Of a DNA stretch of 60,305 nucleotides, positions 37,301-47,208 are shown piece after piece. The notes under the pieces are model-generated. The model did not search any database. It worked only from the letters and a program-made list of their open reading frames with translations, and had not been told where the DNA came from. The stretch covers positions 1 to 60,305 of IMG/VR virus record IMGVR_UViG_3300044825_003095. One strand, 5' to 3'. The position numbers were made by a program, and so were the translations under genes. Source of the DNA: a virus. Lineage: Duplodnaviria > Caudoviricetes. Position 1 is the first letter of the stretch, and the number at the start of each line of letters is the position of its first letter.

Positions 37301-39301
37301 TTATCGCCCGCCGGTCAGATGCCTGAGCTGCGAGAACTCGAACTCGCTCACGGGTCCGCCCGCCATCTGCGACAGGATCTCCTGCGCCCGGCGCTTCGCC
37401 TTCACGATCCTGTCGAAGCCCGACTCCTTCGTGCCGGGGATGTGGACGTTGGCCCAGTCCGTCTTGCCCCAGCCGTGCCGCTGGAACTCCTGCGCCAGCA
37501 TGTCGACGGCCGCGGCGCGGGCCTCGCCCTCGAGGCCGTTGATCTGCTTCATCGTGTCGGCGACGCGGGACATCGACGAGCGGTAGAGCCCGAGCTTCGT
37601 CGGGTTGTCGGAGAAGTACCAGTCGTTCTCGATGTTCGAGAGATCCTGGAAGTCCTGGTTGATCGGGAACTCCCACCGCGCGCCGTTGGGGTTGTCGGGG
37701 TTCGCGACGGGGCGCAGCCGCAGCTTGTTGACCACCTCCGTCCGGACGTCGCCGGGCGCGTTGCGGAGCACGGCCGGGAGCGGGGCCGGGGACGTCGGCT
37801 CGCCGTTCGGCTGGGCGCCGCCCTGCGCGGCTCCGCCTGCGCCGCCGGCGAGGATCGATCGCGCGATCGCCTTGTCCTCGGGGCTGGTGTCGGGGCTCGA
37901 CAGCGCCCGCCCGGCCGCCGAGATGCGGGCCGCGTCGACCGCCGCCTCGCCCCGGCCGGTGCCACGGTTCGCGGCGGCGATGAGCTGCGCCTGCGACTGG
38001 GCTCGAGACGCCGCGACCTGCTCGGTGCGCGCGCGGCGCCCGATCTGCGCGTCGAGCGGCGTTGCGCCGGAAGGCATCTGCGACGCGGCCCGGCGGTTGC
38101 GAGCCCGCTCGAACAGGACGTCGTTGATCGTGGCGCTGCCGGGCTCGATGCCGGCGCCGCTGCGCACGTCCTCCAGCGGGGCGTCGGCGACGAGCGCCTC
38201 GCGGCGCAGCGCGCGGTCGCGGCTGTCGATCGACCGCTGCTGCACGTCGCGGACCCGCGCCGCCATGTCGGACTGCTCGCGACGGAGATCCCGCGCGGAA
38301 CGATCCTCCGGCGAGAGCGCCGCCTCGCGGGCCTGCGACTCCGCCTTGAACTGCGCGGCCGCAGCCTCCTGCTCGGCGATCGGCCGCTGCGGGTTCGCCT
38401 GCGTCCGCCACTGCGACTGCACCTGCCTCGCCCATCGCGGATCCTGCTGCATCCGCTGCATGAACGCCGACCGCACCTCGGGCGACGCCTGGTCGGGGTG
38501 CAGCGAGCCGTTGAGGATGCCCTCCATCTGCGCGTCGTGTGGCGCAAGGCCGCCGCCGCCCTGTCCGCTCGGGGAATAGGAGTCGCGGCCGGCGACATCG
38601 CGGAAGCGTCCGAGTCCGACCGGCTGGCTTGCGGCGAGCCTCGCGGACCTCCGCGCGTCGTACTCGCTGGACAGTCGCGCCGTCATCTGCTCCGGCGTCT
38701 CACCCTGCGGCGCAGCCACCGCTGGCGCTGCCATCGGCGCCGTCGCCGGCTGGTTGCCTGGAAGCCCCATCGCCATGTCGTGAAACTGGCGACCGACCTC
38801 CTGCGTGGTGATCGGGTCGACGACCTGCACGCCGCCGTCGCCGGTCGGCTGCACCATCTCGCCGGCGTGGACGCGCACCGGGCCGCGGAAGTATCCGCCG
38901 CGCGCCGCCGAGGGAACGCCGCGACCGCCGAGCTGCGCCTCGAGCGCCCGGAGATTGGCGAGCGACTGCGCCGTCGCCGTCGATCCGGCCGCCGCGAGCG
39001 CCTGCTGCTGCGCAAGCCGCTGCGCAGCGCGGGCGCGGTTGCGAGGGTCGATGCCCGCGAGCCGCGGGTCGATGTAGCCCTCGCGCGGGTCCGGACCCGG
39101 AGGCGTGTACGGATCGGAGCCGGGATGGTTGAGGTAGCCGCCGTACGGCGTCGGCGCGCCCGGCACGGCCACGAAGTTCACGCCGCCGAAGTCCGGGGCG
39201 CTGCGGAACGGCGCCGTCACCCCGAGGCGGTCGCGCATCGTCCGCCCTCCGCTTGGCATGAACACGGGGCCGGTGTTGAGCGTGCGTCGTCCGATGGCCA
39301 T
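37301..39301 (-). CDS. Internal virion/ejection protein
   Basis: Ala/Gln/Arg-rich, upstream of the giant protein. Confidence 0.65.
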   Translation of the reverse strand: MAIGRRTLNTGPVFMPSGGRTMRDRLGVTAPFRSAPDFGGVNFVAVPGAPTPYGGYLNHPGSDPYTPPGPDPREGYIDPRLAGIDPRNRARAAQRLAQQQALAAAGSTATAQSLANLRALEAQLGGRGVPSAARGGYFRGPVRVHAGEMVQPTGDGGVQVVDPITTQEVGRQFHDMAMGLPGNQPATAPMAAPAVAAPQGETPEQMTARLSSEYDARRSARLAASQPVGLGRFRDVAGRDSYSPSGQGGGGLAPHDAQMEGILNGSLHPDQASPEVRSAFMQRMQQDPRWARQVQSQWRTQANPQRPIAEQEAAAAQFKAESQAREAALSPEDRSARDLRREQSDMAARVRDVQQRSIDSRDRALRREALVADAPLEDVRSGAGIEPGSATINDVLFERARNRRAASQMPSGATPLDAQIGRRARTEQVAASRAQSQAQLIAAANRGTGRGEAAVDAARISAAGRALSSPDTSPEDKAIARSILAGGAGGAAQGGAQPNGEPTSPAPLPAVLRNAPGDVRTEVVNKLRLRPVANPDNPNGARWEFPINQDFQDLSNIENDWYFSDNPTKLGLYRSSMSRVADTMKQINGLEGEARAAAVDMLAQEFQRHGWGKTDWANVHIPGTKESGFDRIVKAKRRAQEILSQMAGGPVSEFEFSQLRHLTGGR

Positions 39302-39312
39302 GCCGAAGGATA

Positions 39313-39630
39313 TCACGCCCTGCGCACGTCTCGCCAAAGGCGCGCGAGCCCGCTGGTCGTCGCCTTGAGCTTCACGATGCACCCGCACCCGCGCCAGTCG
39401 GCGGGCGTGTCGAGGCCGAACCAGTGCAGCAGGTGCCGCCTCGGAAGCGGCGTGCCGTGCCATCGCACGCCGCACCAGGCGACGACGATCGACGGCCCCT
39501 CGCACCCCTTGCACTCGCGTCGCTCGAGATCCCCGACGCGCCTCGGGACGCCGTCGTCGTCGATGTGGAATCGGGCCGTCCGCTGCCGGCCGTCCGCGCC
39601 TGTCCAGGGAAACACGAAGTCTGCTGGCAT
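39313..39630 (-). CDS. Small Cys-containing protein
   Basis: CKGC...GCGC; coupled to the Cys-rich gene. Confidence 0.6.
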   Translation of the reverse strand: MPADFVFPWTGADGRQRTARFHIDDDGVPRRVGDLERRECKGCEGPSIVVAWCGVRWHGTPLPRRHLLHWFGLDTPADWRGCGCIVKLKATTSGLARLWRDVRRA

Positions 39631-40751
39631 CACGCACCGATGAAGCCGACGACGGACGCCGACTGGAGGTTGAGGAACGTCTCGACGATGGTGAACTGCG
39701 ATCCCTGCGGGCACGTTCCCGGCGGGAGATCGGGAGTTCGCACGAGGTAGGTGTGGTCCGCCGGACACGGATCGACGCACGTCTGGAGGCCGGGGAACGT
39801 GTATCCGCAGGCGCCGCAGTCCGGATCGTTCGGCCCGATCGTCGCGGCCGACTTGAAGGTGATGCCCGTGCGGTAGTAGATCGCCACGACGTTGCCGCCG
39901 CCGTCGGTCACGAAGTTGCAGGCGAACGTGACCTCGTAGCGCAGCTTGCACCCGTTGTCCGACACGGCCGTCTGCCCGTTGCAGGAGAAGGCGCCCTGGA
40001 AGTTCCCGACCAGCCACGCCTGCGGGTTCTGCGGCTTGTCGCACGGGCATCCTCCGGACGAGTCGTCCGTCGGGACGATGTCGAAGATCACGTGCGTCGG
40101 GTGCGAGCACTGCGCCGGGCACGGTTCGCCCGGCGGCGCCGGGCAGCACTGGTCGTCCTCGCACGACTCGAACGCCGGCTGGCCCTCGATCGATCCGAGC
40201 ACCGTCGCGTCGGCGGGCAGCTCCGAAACCGTGTCGCCGTCGATCGTGTAGCAGGCGACGCACTGCTCGGGAAGCAGGCTCGCGAGCGACGTCGGCTTGA
40301 ACGTGTACGGGAACGAAACCGACCCCGACTCCACGAACGGATCGATGTCGGCGCAGTCGATGTAGAGCACGTCGGGCGGATGCAGGCCGAGGTCGCACGA
40401 CGGCAGCGTGACGGTGCAGCACCGTATGGCGACGTACCAGCAGCCGGGCACGCGCGAATGGCAGCACGCCTCGGGATCGCCGGGGAACTCCTCCTGGCAG
40501 TGGTCGTACGTCGCGCGGATGGCGCCGACGATCTCGTCGCCGACGATCAGCGCGCCGGCGGGCGGCCTGGTCCCGACGATCGCCTCGACCTCCCAACAGT
40601 TCTCGTTCCACAGGAACGCGCCGGTCGCCGGGATGCCCGCGCGGTTGGCGATCGTGCACGGCACGTAGACCTGGTCGAAGAACACGCCGCAGCACTGCCG
40701 GATCTTCACCCAGCACGCGGCGTCGCAGCAGCAGACGTTCGTCTTGGCCAT
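39630..40751 (-). CDS. Cys-rich tail-associated protein
   Basis: 33 Cys in 373 aa, starting MAKTNVCCCDAAC. Confidence 0.75.
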   Translation of the reverse strand: MAKTNVCCCDAACWVKIRQCCGVFFDQVYVPCTIANRAGIPATGAFLWNENCWEVEAIVGTRPPAGALIVGDEIVGAIRATYDHCQEEFPGDPEACCHSRVPGCWYVAIRCCTVTLPSCDLGLHPPDVLYIDCADIDPFVESGSVSFPYTFKPTSLASLLPEQCVACYTIDGDTVSELPADATVLGSIEGQPAFESCEDDQCCPAPPGEPCPAQCSHPTHVIFDIVPTDDSSGGCPCDKPQNPQAWLVGNFQGAFSCNGQTAVSDNGCKLRYEVTFACNFVTDGGGNVVAIYYRTGITFKSAATIGPNDPDCGACGYTFPGLQTCVDPCPADHTYLVRTPDLPPGTCPQGSQFTIVETFLNLQSASVVGFIGA

Positions 40752-41371
40752 CAGGGCTTCTCGTGGTCGTTCGTGGCGTGGAACCACACGCGCAGCTCGC
40801 CGCCGGTGAGCAGCCAGCGGCTCGCCGGGTACACGCCGATCTTCACGGGAAGCATCCCGAGGTTGCACGACACGTAGTTGGGGTTGTCGACGTCGATGCC
40901 CGCCTGCTCGATACCCTCGCCGTCGTTGTCGAACTCCGCCGCGTTGTACGCGAGCGGGACTTCGGGCGGGTCGTCCTGGTTGGGCACCGTGTCCTGCGTG
41001 TAGAAGCCGACGTCGGTCGGGTGCGGCACGACGCGGTATCCGGCGTACGACCAGCGGTTCGCGCCGACCGACGAGTACGAGGTCGGCTTGAAGTAGAACC
41101 GCGAGATGATGCGCGGCAGCGGCAGCGCCTCCTCGGGCGGCACCAGCTCGAAGCCCGACAGCGACAGCTCGAAGCCGAGGTTCCGCAGGCCCGCGACGAT
41201 CGGCTTGTACGCCGTCGGCTGGAGCTGCGCGACCTGGTACCGCTGCTCGACCTCGCGGTGCCCGGCGCGCCACGCCTCGAGGTCGAACCGCGATCGGTCG
41301 GACATCTCCGATGCCGGCGGCGACGGGAGCGTCGTCGCGTCGCGGAAGATTTCGTCAAACGGAGCGGGCAT
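40751..41371 (-). CDS. Tail-associated hypothetical protein
   Basis: MPAPFDEIF...NRWSYAG...AYNAAEF. Confidence 0.65.
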   Translation of the reverse strand: MPAPFDEIFRDATTLPSPPASEMSDRSRFDLEAWRAGHREVEQRYQVAQLQPTAYKPIVAGLRNLGFELSLSGFELVPPEEALPLPRIISRFYFKPTSYSSVGANRWSYAGYRVVPHPTDVGFYTQDTVPNQDDPPEVPLAYNAAEFDNDGEGIEQAGIDVDNPNYVSCNLGMLPVKIGVYPASRWLLTGGELRVWFHATNDHEKP

Positions 41372-43466
41372 CGCTGTCGGCGTCGCTCTTGTACGAGGCG
41401 ATCGCGCGGGAGATCGACCACGACGTCGCCGCGCCGACGCCGCTCGACTTGACCGTGAACCGGAACAGCCGGCCACGCATGCCGATGAACGTCGGGACGG
41501 TCAGCCGGCGCGCGCCGCCGGCCTGGACCGTGTACGTCTCCGACCTCGTGCCGACGAACGGCGCCGTCACCTCCGGGTGCTCGTATGCGTCGCACGTCAC
41601 CGTCAGCAGGCCGTTGCTCGGCCCGAGGTGCAGCACGAGCTCCTGCATCGTCTTGGGGTACAGCGCGTTCTCCGTGACCCACATCTCGATGAACGAGTCG
41701 TAGAACACGCCGCCGTCGGTCGTGCCCTCGGGGTATGCGTACATCGATCCCGCGCTCACGAACGCGAGCAGCCGCGACGCGCCGCCGCGGTGGTACGCCC
41801 AGCGGTACGGCTGGCCGATCGCGAGGCGCAGCTCCGACTGCACGCCACGCTCCCAGTCGAACACCATGCCCCGGTGCGCGCCCGGCCCGGTCCCGTCGGC
41901 GTCGGCCGCGTACGCGAACAACTGGCTCGTGCGCTCGCACGCCCCGATCGACGCCTGCGACCGCTGCGCGTCGTTCAGGCCGTCGAACCAGTCGCCGAAG
42001 CCGAGCCGCTTGTCGAGCATCGTGATGGCGCCGCCGCGCAGCGCCGCCACGCCCTCGTCGGCGATCCAGAAGATGCCGGCGCTGGAGACGCAGATCGAGT
42101 CCGGCGCCGAGATGCCGCGGCCGTTCGTCGCGTCCTGGAGCACGGCGCCGCGGCCGTCGAAGCCCACCTGGTACACGGTCTGCCGCGTGAGGATGAGCGA
42201 GCGGTCGCCGTCGGACACCGTGTAGAGGAGCTCGGCCTTGACGTTCGCGATCGGACCCTTCGTGTCGCGGTTGTTCTCGGTGAGGCGGCCCACCTGCTCG
42301 GGATGGTCGACGCTCCACTCCGCGTAGTTGCCGATCGGGCTCGAGACGCTTTCGGCGTCGGAGCGCGGGTAGAAGTACAGCGCCGTCCCGTTCGCGAGGA
42401 TGACCAGCAGCTTCGCCGGCGCCGGTCGCCCGTAGGCGTCCACGTACTGACCGCTGCGGAACAGCGCCGCCTGGTCCTTCGTCGCGACGACCGTCGATCC
42501 GGGATCGGCGATCTGCTCGAGGAACAGCACGCTGGTCATGCGCGGCGACATGCCCGGAGCGTTCTGGTCGAAGAAGAACAGCCAGCCGGAGAAGATCGTC
42601 GCGGCCTTGTTGGTGATGATCTCCTGCCCGAGCGTGAACCACACCGCGACGCGGTGACCCGCCGGGATGAACGTCGAGCCCGGCGTGCGGACCTGCTTCG
42701 CGTACTGCACGCGCTCGTCGACGAGGATCGCGTCCTCGCTGTGCGGGTTCGGCGGGCCGAACACGTACGGCAGCGCGCACACCTCGCTGCGCCGCCCGTA
42801 GATGTTCCGCTTCGGGTCGTACACCGAGAAGCAGAACCCGGTGTTGAGCACCTTCTCGCCCTGGAACAGCACGAGCCCCGGATCGGTGCCGTCGGCCGCC
42901 AGCGGCGAGTCGTCGACGGCCCGGAAGTCGTCGAGCAGGTCGACGAGCGTCGCGTTGCCGACGCCCTCGACCTTCGCGAGGTTGAACGACGGCTTGCCGC
43001 CGTCCTTGTAGTACAGGTACCCGGCCAGCGACTTCACGCCGGGACGGCGGAGCTGGTTGGACGTGAGGCCGTCGTACGCCGCGATGTTGAGCGAGTCGCA
43101 GATGTAGACCTCGCCGGCGTGGATCTCGAGCGACCCGCGCTCGGACGTGCTCCACGCGGCGTTGCCGACGGGCTTGTCCGTCGGGTCGACGAACCCGGCC
43201 AGGGTCGTCCACGCCGTCCCGTTCCAGTACCGCACGCTGCCGTCGGAGCACTTGGCGACGACCATCGACACGCCGCCGAGCTCGCAGGAGATGTGGTTGA
43301 GCACCGTCGCGCCGGGGCCGGCGCGCGAGCCGAAGCCGGCGCGTCGGCGCCACAGGCCGTTGCCCGCGTACACCATGTTCACCGTGCGCGTGACCGGGTT
43401 GTCCACCTGCGTCGGGTGGACCGGCCGCATCGAGAAGTCGGTCCAGTCGACGGTCTGCGATGGCAT
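41355..43466 (-). CDS. Tail nozzle/tubular protein B-like
   Basis: 703 aa beta-rich; GISAPDSI...GIFWIADEGV pattern. Confidence 0.65.
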   Translation of the reverse strand: MPSQTVDWTDFSMRPVHPTQVDNPVTRTVNMVYAGNGLWRRRAGFGSRAGPGATVLNHISCELGGVSMVVAKCSDGSVRYWNGTAWTTLAGFVDPTDKPVGNAAWSTSERGSLEIHAGEVYICDSLNIAAYDGLTSNQLRRPGVKSLAGYLYYKDGGKPSFNLAKVEGVGNATLVDLLDDFRAVDDSPLAADGTDPGLVLFQGEKVLNTGFCFSVYDPKRNIYGRRSEVCALPYVFGPPNPHSEDAILVDERVQYAKQVRTPGSTFIPAGHRVAVWFTLGQEIITNKAATIFSGWLFFFDQNAPGMSPRMTSVLFLEQIADPGSTVVATKDQAALFRSGQYVDAYGRPAPAKLLVILANGTALYFYPRSDAESVSSPIGNYAEWSVDHPEQVGRLTENNRDTKGPIANVKAELLYTVSDGDRSLILTRQTVYQVGFDGRGAVLQDATNGRGISAPDSICVSSAGIFWIADEGVAALRGGAITMLDKRLGFGDWFDGLNDAQRSQASIGACERTSQLFAYAADADGTGPGAHRGMVFDWERGVQSELRLAIGQPYRWAYHRGGASRLLAFVSAGSMYAYPEGTTDGGVFYDSFIEMWVTENALYPKTMQELVLHLGPSNGLLTVTCDAYEHPEVTAPFVGTRSETYTVQAGGARRLTVPTFIGMRGRLFRFTVKSSGVGAATSWSISRAIASYKSDADSDARSV

Positions 43467-43467
43467 T

Positions 43468-44595
43468 TCAGAACTGTTGTAGGGTGTTGCCGCCCCGGAA
43501 CGAAGTCATTCGCTCCGGCCACGTCCTCGCGACCAGCGGGGACGCCTGCTCGGACGGACCGCCGGAATCGTACTGCGGGGCGAGCAGCTCGAAGTCCCGC
43601 GACACCTTCGCCATCTTGCGGGCGGCGTCCGTGTCCTCGGTGCCCGCGTCGGACAGGAGGCGGGCGACGATCCGGTCCCGCAGCAGCACGCGGAACTGCG
43701 GCGGGAGCTGCCGCAGCCCGTCGTCGCTCCCGCTGCCGCTCGTGAACGCCGGCGGCGCGATGTAGAACACGACCCACGCCGAGTAGTCCTGGTCGGGCGT
43801 CGGCATCAGGAGCACCTGCTGCTGCCCGCCGACCATCGTGTCGTAGAAGTACCGCGGCCGTCCGGTGGCGCCGTCGAACTGCGCCGCGATCTCGGCGGCG
43901 CGCGTGGCGTCGACCCACCGGACCGGCGTGGTCCATGCGTTCGCCGACTGGTCGTCGGTGGCTCGGATCACGAAGTAGCGCGAGCACAGCGACGACACGA
44001 TGTCGCTGTTGGCGCTCACGATCGATCCGTCCGTCTTGAACGTCACCTTCTGCGGACCGCGGCGGCGGAACCGCCACCACCGCGCCGACCACAGCGTCAC
44101 GAACTCGTCCCGCGCCGCGACGTCGACGTCCCGCGGCTGGATGAACACCGGCGTCCGCTGTCGCACGAGGACCGCCAGCACCGACCGGCGGAGCGTCGAG
44201 ATCGTGACCTCGTCCGACGAGAGCGGCGTCGTCGACTGCCACGCCGCCGCGTACTGCCGCTCGATCGCCTCGAACAGCGGATCGACGTACACCGTCCAGT
44301 GCGCGTGGAAGTCGTTCGGGCTGCGGAACTCCCGCTTGAGCTTCGCGACGGCGATGGCGTGGAACAGCTCGTTCCACTCGGTCGGCAAGTCCTGCGTCGC
44401 CGGGTCGATCTCCGCGTACCACTTCGCGCGGTTCGTGACGTCGGTGAACGCGAACGCGATCTGCGCGTCGACGCTCGCCTTCTGCGTGGTGGACAGGTCG
44501 CCGTACACGACGCTGTTGCCGAACACCTCCGCCACGACGCGCGGCTGGATCGAGGTGACCGTCTCGGCTGTCAGCACCGGCTTCTGCCCGGCCAT
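43468..44595 (-). CDS. Head-tail adaptor/tubular protein A-like
   Basis: GRPRYFY...LMPTPDQDY...LPPQF. Confidence 0.65.
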   Translation of the reverse strand: MAGQKPVLTAETVTSIQPRVVAEVFGNSVVYGDLSTTQKASVDAQIAFAFTDVTNRAKWYAEIDPATQDLPTEWNELFHAIAVAKLKREFRSPNDFHAHWTVYVDPLFEAIERQYAAAWQSTTPLSSDEVTISTLRRSVLAVLVRQRTPVFIQPRDVDVAARDEFVTLWSARWWRFRRRGPQKVTFKTDGSIVSANSDIVSSLCSRYFVIRATDDQSANAWTTPVRWVDATRAAEIAAQFDGATGRPRYFYDTMVGGQQQVLLMPTPDQDYSAWVVFYIAPPAFTSGSGSDDGLRQLPPQFRVLLRDRIVARLLSDAGTEDTDAARKMAKVSRDFELLAPQYDSGGPSEQASPLVARTWPERMTSFRGGNTLQQF

Positions 44596-44609
44596 CGCTC
44601 ATCTCCTCG

Positions 44610-45392
44610 TCACGGGTCGGGGGTCTGCGTCGCCTGGTGCGACCTCGCGTCGCCGATCGGAAGGTCCACCCATCCGGCCGTCGTCGCGACGTCGCGGTTC
44701 TCCTCGGCGTCGTCCGGCGGATCGGCGACCGGGGTCGCGCCGGCGGCTGCGGGAAGATAGACGACGATCAGCCGCGGGCGGTCGGAGATCGGCTGGTACG
44801 GCGTCTCGCTCGACGCCACGTTCCATGCCTGGTTCGACGTGTCCTCGGTCGAGTACCGCAGGATCAGGTTGCAGACCCGGTCGTTGTCGTCGAGCGCGTC
44901 CTGCACCGCGTTCACCAGGCCGGAGATGTCGAAGAACCCCTCGACGATCGGCGCCAGGAACGTCGCGGACGCCGTCCGCTCGTAGTCGCCGCCCGGAACG
45001 ATCCACGGGACGCCGGTGTGCTGCGAGTTCCACGTCGTCTCCAGCGACACGACCTCGACGCCGCTCTTGAGCAGGTGGACCGAGCACGACGACGCGGCCG
45101 GCGCGGCGGACGAGCAGTTGAGCCGCAGCGTGGCGGAGATGATCTTCGAGCCGGCCGGGATGCCGTCCTGCCCGTACATCGCTCCGGACAGGTCGAACCC
45201 GATGATGGTCCTGTAGTGCCCGAACTCGCTGCGAGCGACCGACAGGGCCACGCTTGGGCCGAACGCGGTGTCGGGGTCCGACTGGACGATCGTCGAGTCG
45301 AGCCCCTGGCCGCTGAGCGGTGCGAATTCGATGGTCTGCGACATGGGAAGGTTGGCGGCGAGCGAGAGAACCAGTTGGGCGAGCCAGGTCAT
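44610..45392 (-). CDS. DNRLRE-like domain protein
   Basis: DSTI...FG...RTIIGFDLS...IPAGSKIISATLRL...TWN...W..PGGD...RPRLIVVY. Confidence 0.7.
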   Translation of the reverse strand: MTWLAQLVLSLAANLPMSQTIEFAPLSGQGLDSTIVQSDPDTAFGPSVALSVARSEFGHYRTIIGFDLSGAMYGQDGIPAGSKIISATLRLNCSSAAPAASSCSVHLLKSGVEVVSLETTWNSQHTGVPWIVPGGDYERTASATFLAPIVEGFFDISGLVNAVQDALDDNDRVCNLILRYSTEDTSNQAWNVASSETPYQPISDRPRLIVVYLPAAAGATPVADPPDDAEENRDVATTAGWVDLPIGDARSHQATQTPDP

Positions 45393-45829
45393 TTTCCGAG
45401 GATCTCCTTGTCGTATGTCTGGTCGGAGGCGACGCCCTTCGCCTTGATCGCGGCGATCTCCTCGGGCGTCAGCTTCCAGGAATTCGTGACGATGGTGGCC
45501 ACCTCCACGCCGTCGAACACGAGCGGGACGTAGCCGATGTAGTCGAGAAGGTCGGACCAGTTCGCCGCCGCGGTCGCGTCGAGCCGGGCGCGCTGCTTCG
45601 CGATCAGCGGCACGACGAGGTTCTTGACCGGCTGCGTGAGGTCGCCGCCCTCCTTCATCTGGACGACGGTGTCCTGCTCGAGCGTGACGACGGCGCGGAG
45701 CGTGGCCCAGTTCTGCTGCGGCGTCGACTTCGGGTTGTCGACGACCGGACCGCCCGTGCTGCACGCCAGCGGGATCAGCAGCAGCGAGACGAGGGCGGTG
45801 GTGACGATGGCGGGGATCAGGCGGTGCAT
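45389..45829 (-). CDS. Lipoprotein (possible o-spanin-like)
   Basis: Signal peptide ending in lipobox PLAC. Confidence 0.65.
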   Translation of the reverse strand: MHRLIPAIVTTALVSLLLIPLACSTGGPVVDNPKSTPQQNWATLRAVVTLEQDTVVQMKEGGDLTQPVKNLVVPLIAKQRARLDATAAANWSDLLDYIGYVPLVFDGVEVATIVTNSWKLTPEEIAAIKAKGVASDQTYDKEILGK

Positions 45830-46089
45830 GGCGGAGTCTCCTTGGTTGCGGGGTCGCGCGCCTCGTGGCGGGCGATCGCGGCGTTGAACAGCATCATGGC
45901 CTCGTCCAGCTTCTCGAGCGCCCGCTCCTGCTCGCGCGACGCGGGCGTCCGGTCGATGCAGTAGTCGGCGCACGTGCGGATCATGTGGCGCACCTGGCCG
46001 TATCGCTCGGCCTGGTCCGCGACCGGCGGGTGATGGTTGAACCGATGGACCAGCTCGTCGGTGGTTGGCTTCGGAATCTTGGGGCTCAT
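45817..46089 (-). CDS. Acb2/Tad1-like hairpin-domain protein (putative immune-signal sponge)
   Basis: RFNHHPP...ERY..VR...TPASREQERALEKLDEAMMLFNAAIAR. Confidence 0.75.
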   Translation of the reverse strand: MSPKIPKPTTDELVHRFNHHPPVADQAERYGQVRHMIRTCADYCIDRTPASREQERALEKLDEAMMLFNAAIARHEARDPATKETPPCTA

Positions 46090-46244
46090 CGTTTACACCG
46101 GCTCCTTGCCTGGAGGTCCGCCTTCCCCGACCTGCGCCTGAGCCACACCCAGGCGACCGTCAGGAGGAACGCGACGGCCTCGAACAGGTGATCCTTCGCG
46201 TACATCAGCCATTCGAGGACGAGGATCGCCGTGTCGATGGCCAC
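46086..46244 (-). CDS. 52-aa membrane protein (holin-like)
   Basis: Translated by hand: VAIDTAILVLEWLMYAKDHLFEAVAFLLTVAWVWLRRRSGK...; below the ORF track cutoff. Confidence 0.55.
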   Translation of the reverse strand: MAIDTAILVLEWLMYAKDHLFEAVAFLLTVAWVWLRRRSGKADLQARSRCKR

Positions 46245-46253
46245 ATGGCGATG

Positions 46254-46796
46254 CTACGGCTTCGGCGCCGCGCCGAACTGCACCGACCGGAGGAGCGACT
46301 CGATCTGGTCGAGCCGCCGCGTGGACTCCGCGAGCGTCGCGATGATGGTCCGCATCTCGGAGATCGACTGCGCCTGCGCCTCGAGCCGCGCGTTGGTCGC
46401 CGCCTGGTACGACATCGCCTGCGTGGCCGTGTAGCGGTCGCCGCTGACGGACGAGATCTGCGCCCCGAGCTTCGTCAGGTCGCTGCTCATGGCCTGGAGC
46501 GTCGCCTCGACCCTGGCGCCGAGCTCGAGGAACTTCTCCGTGCGGGACTCGAGCTTGTCCGTCCGCTCCTTGAGCAGCGACGTGTCCTTCGCCACGTTCG
46601 CGGCGAGGTCGGCGATCGCCTTGTCGTGGGCGTCCACCTTCCCACGCACGGTGAAGATCGCGACCACGCCGCTGAGCATCGCCGCGCCGATCACGGTCGC
46701 GAGCGGGCTCATCATCTTCGACCAAGGGCTCTCCGGCCGCTCGGTGACGACGAGCTGGTTGCTGTTGGCGACGTCGTCCTGTTGTCGGTGTGGCAT
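46254..46796 (-). CDS. Membrane-anchored coiled-coil protein (lysis-related)
   Basis: One TM helix followed by a long coiled coil. Confidence 0.65.
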   Translation of the reverse strand: MPHRQQDDVANSNQLVVTERPESPWSKMMSPLATVIGAAMLSGVVAIFTVRGKVDAHDKAIADLAANVAKDTSLLKERTDKLESRTEKFLELGARVEATLQAMSSDLTKLGAQISSVSGDRYTATQAMSYQAATNARLEAQAQSISEMRTIIATLAESTRRLDQIESLLRSVQFGAAPKP

Positions 46797-46797
46797 G

Positions 46798-47208
46798 TCA
46801 GTGCCTCCTGCCAGCCATTTCCATCGCCTGACACCACAGGGCGTCGTTCGGCTTGCCCGGCGCGTTGCTCACCGTCACCCACACGCCGTCGAAGGTGACG
46901 AGGTCGATCTCCCAGTGCGGAACTGGTTCGTCCCACACCAGCACGCTCTGGAGCGTGCCAGGAGCCCCGATTGGCGGAGGCGGAGCCGTCGGCTGCGTGG
47001 GAGGCGGGTAGCACTCGAAATGGCACGACGGGTTCAGGCCGCCCGTGAACGTGACCGATCGCACCCCGCCGGGGCACGCCCGGATCGCCTGATCGACGCA
47101 TCCTGCCAGCGTGTCGATGCCTGGGGCCGGCGCATCCGGCGGCTGGCCGCGGGCCGCAACCGTCGAGGCGGCGAAGATCAGCACGAGGGCTGGGGCTCGG
47201 GTGGTCAC
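46798..47208 (-). CDS. Secreted Cys-motif protein
   Basis: Signal peptide; CVDQAIRACPGGV...CHFEC. Confidence 0.65.
   Translation of the reverse strand: MTTRAPALVLIFAASTVAARGQPPDAPAPGIDTLAGCVDQAIRACPGGVRSVTFTGGLNPSCHFECYPPPTQPTAPPPPIGAPGTLQSVLVWDEPVPHWEIDLVTFDGVWVTVSNAPGKPNDALWCQAMEMAGRRH

Noticed and set aside
32234-39643. 2469-aa + strand ORF and other long shadow ORFs (e.g. 30753-34640, and the 16981-21261 extension beyond 18651)
   Set aside because: Antisense or off-frame shadows of real genes, caused by GC3 bias; Arg/Ala/Gly-rich with no motifs.
46242-46256. TAG readthrough or recoding joining 46254-46796 to the in-frame small TM ORF
   Set aside because: No suppressor tRNA, many core genes end in TAG, and the small ORF has its own TAGCAT-6-GTG start.
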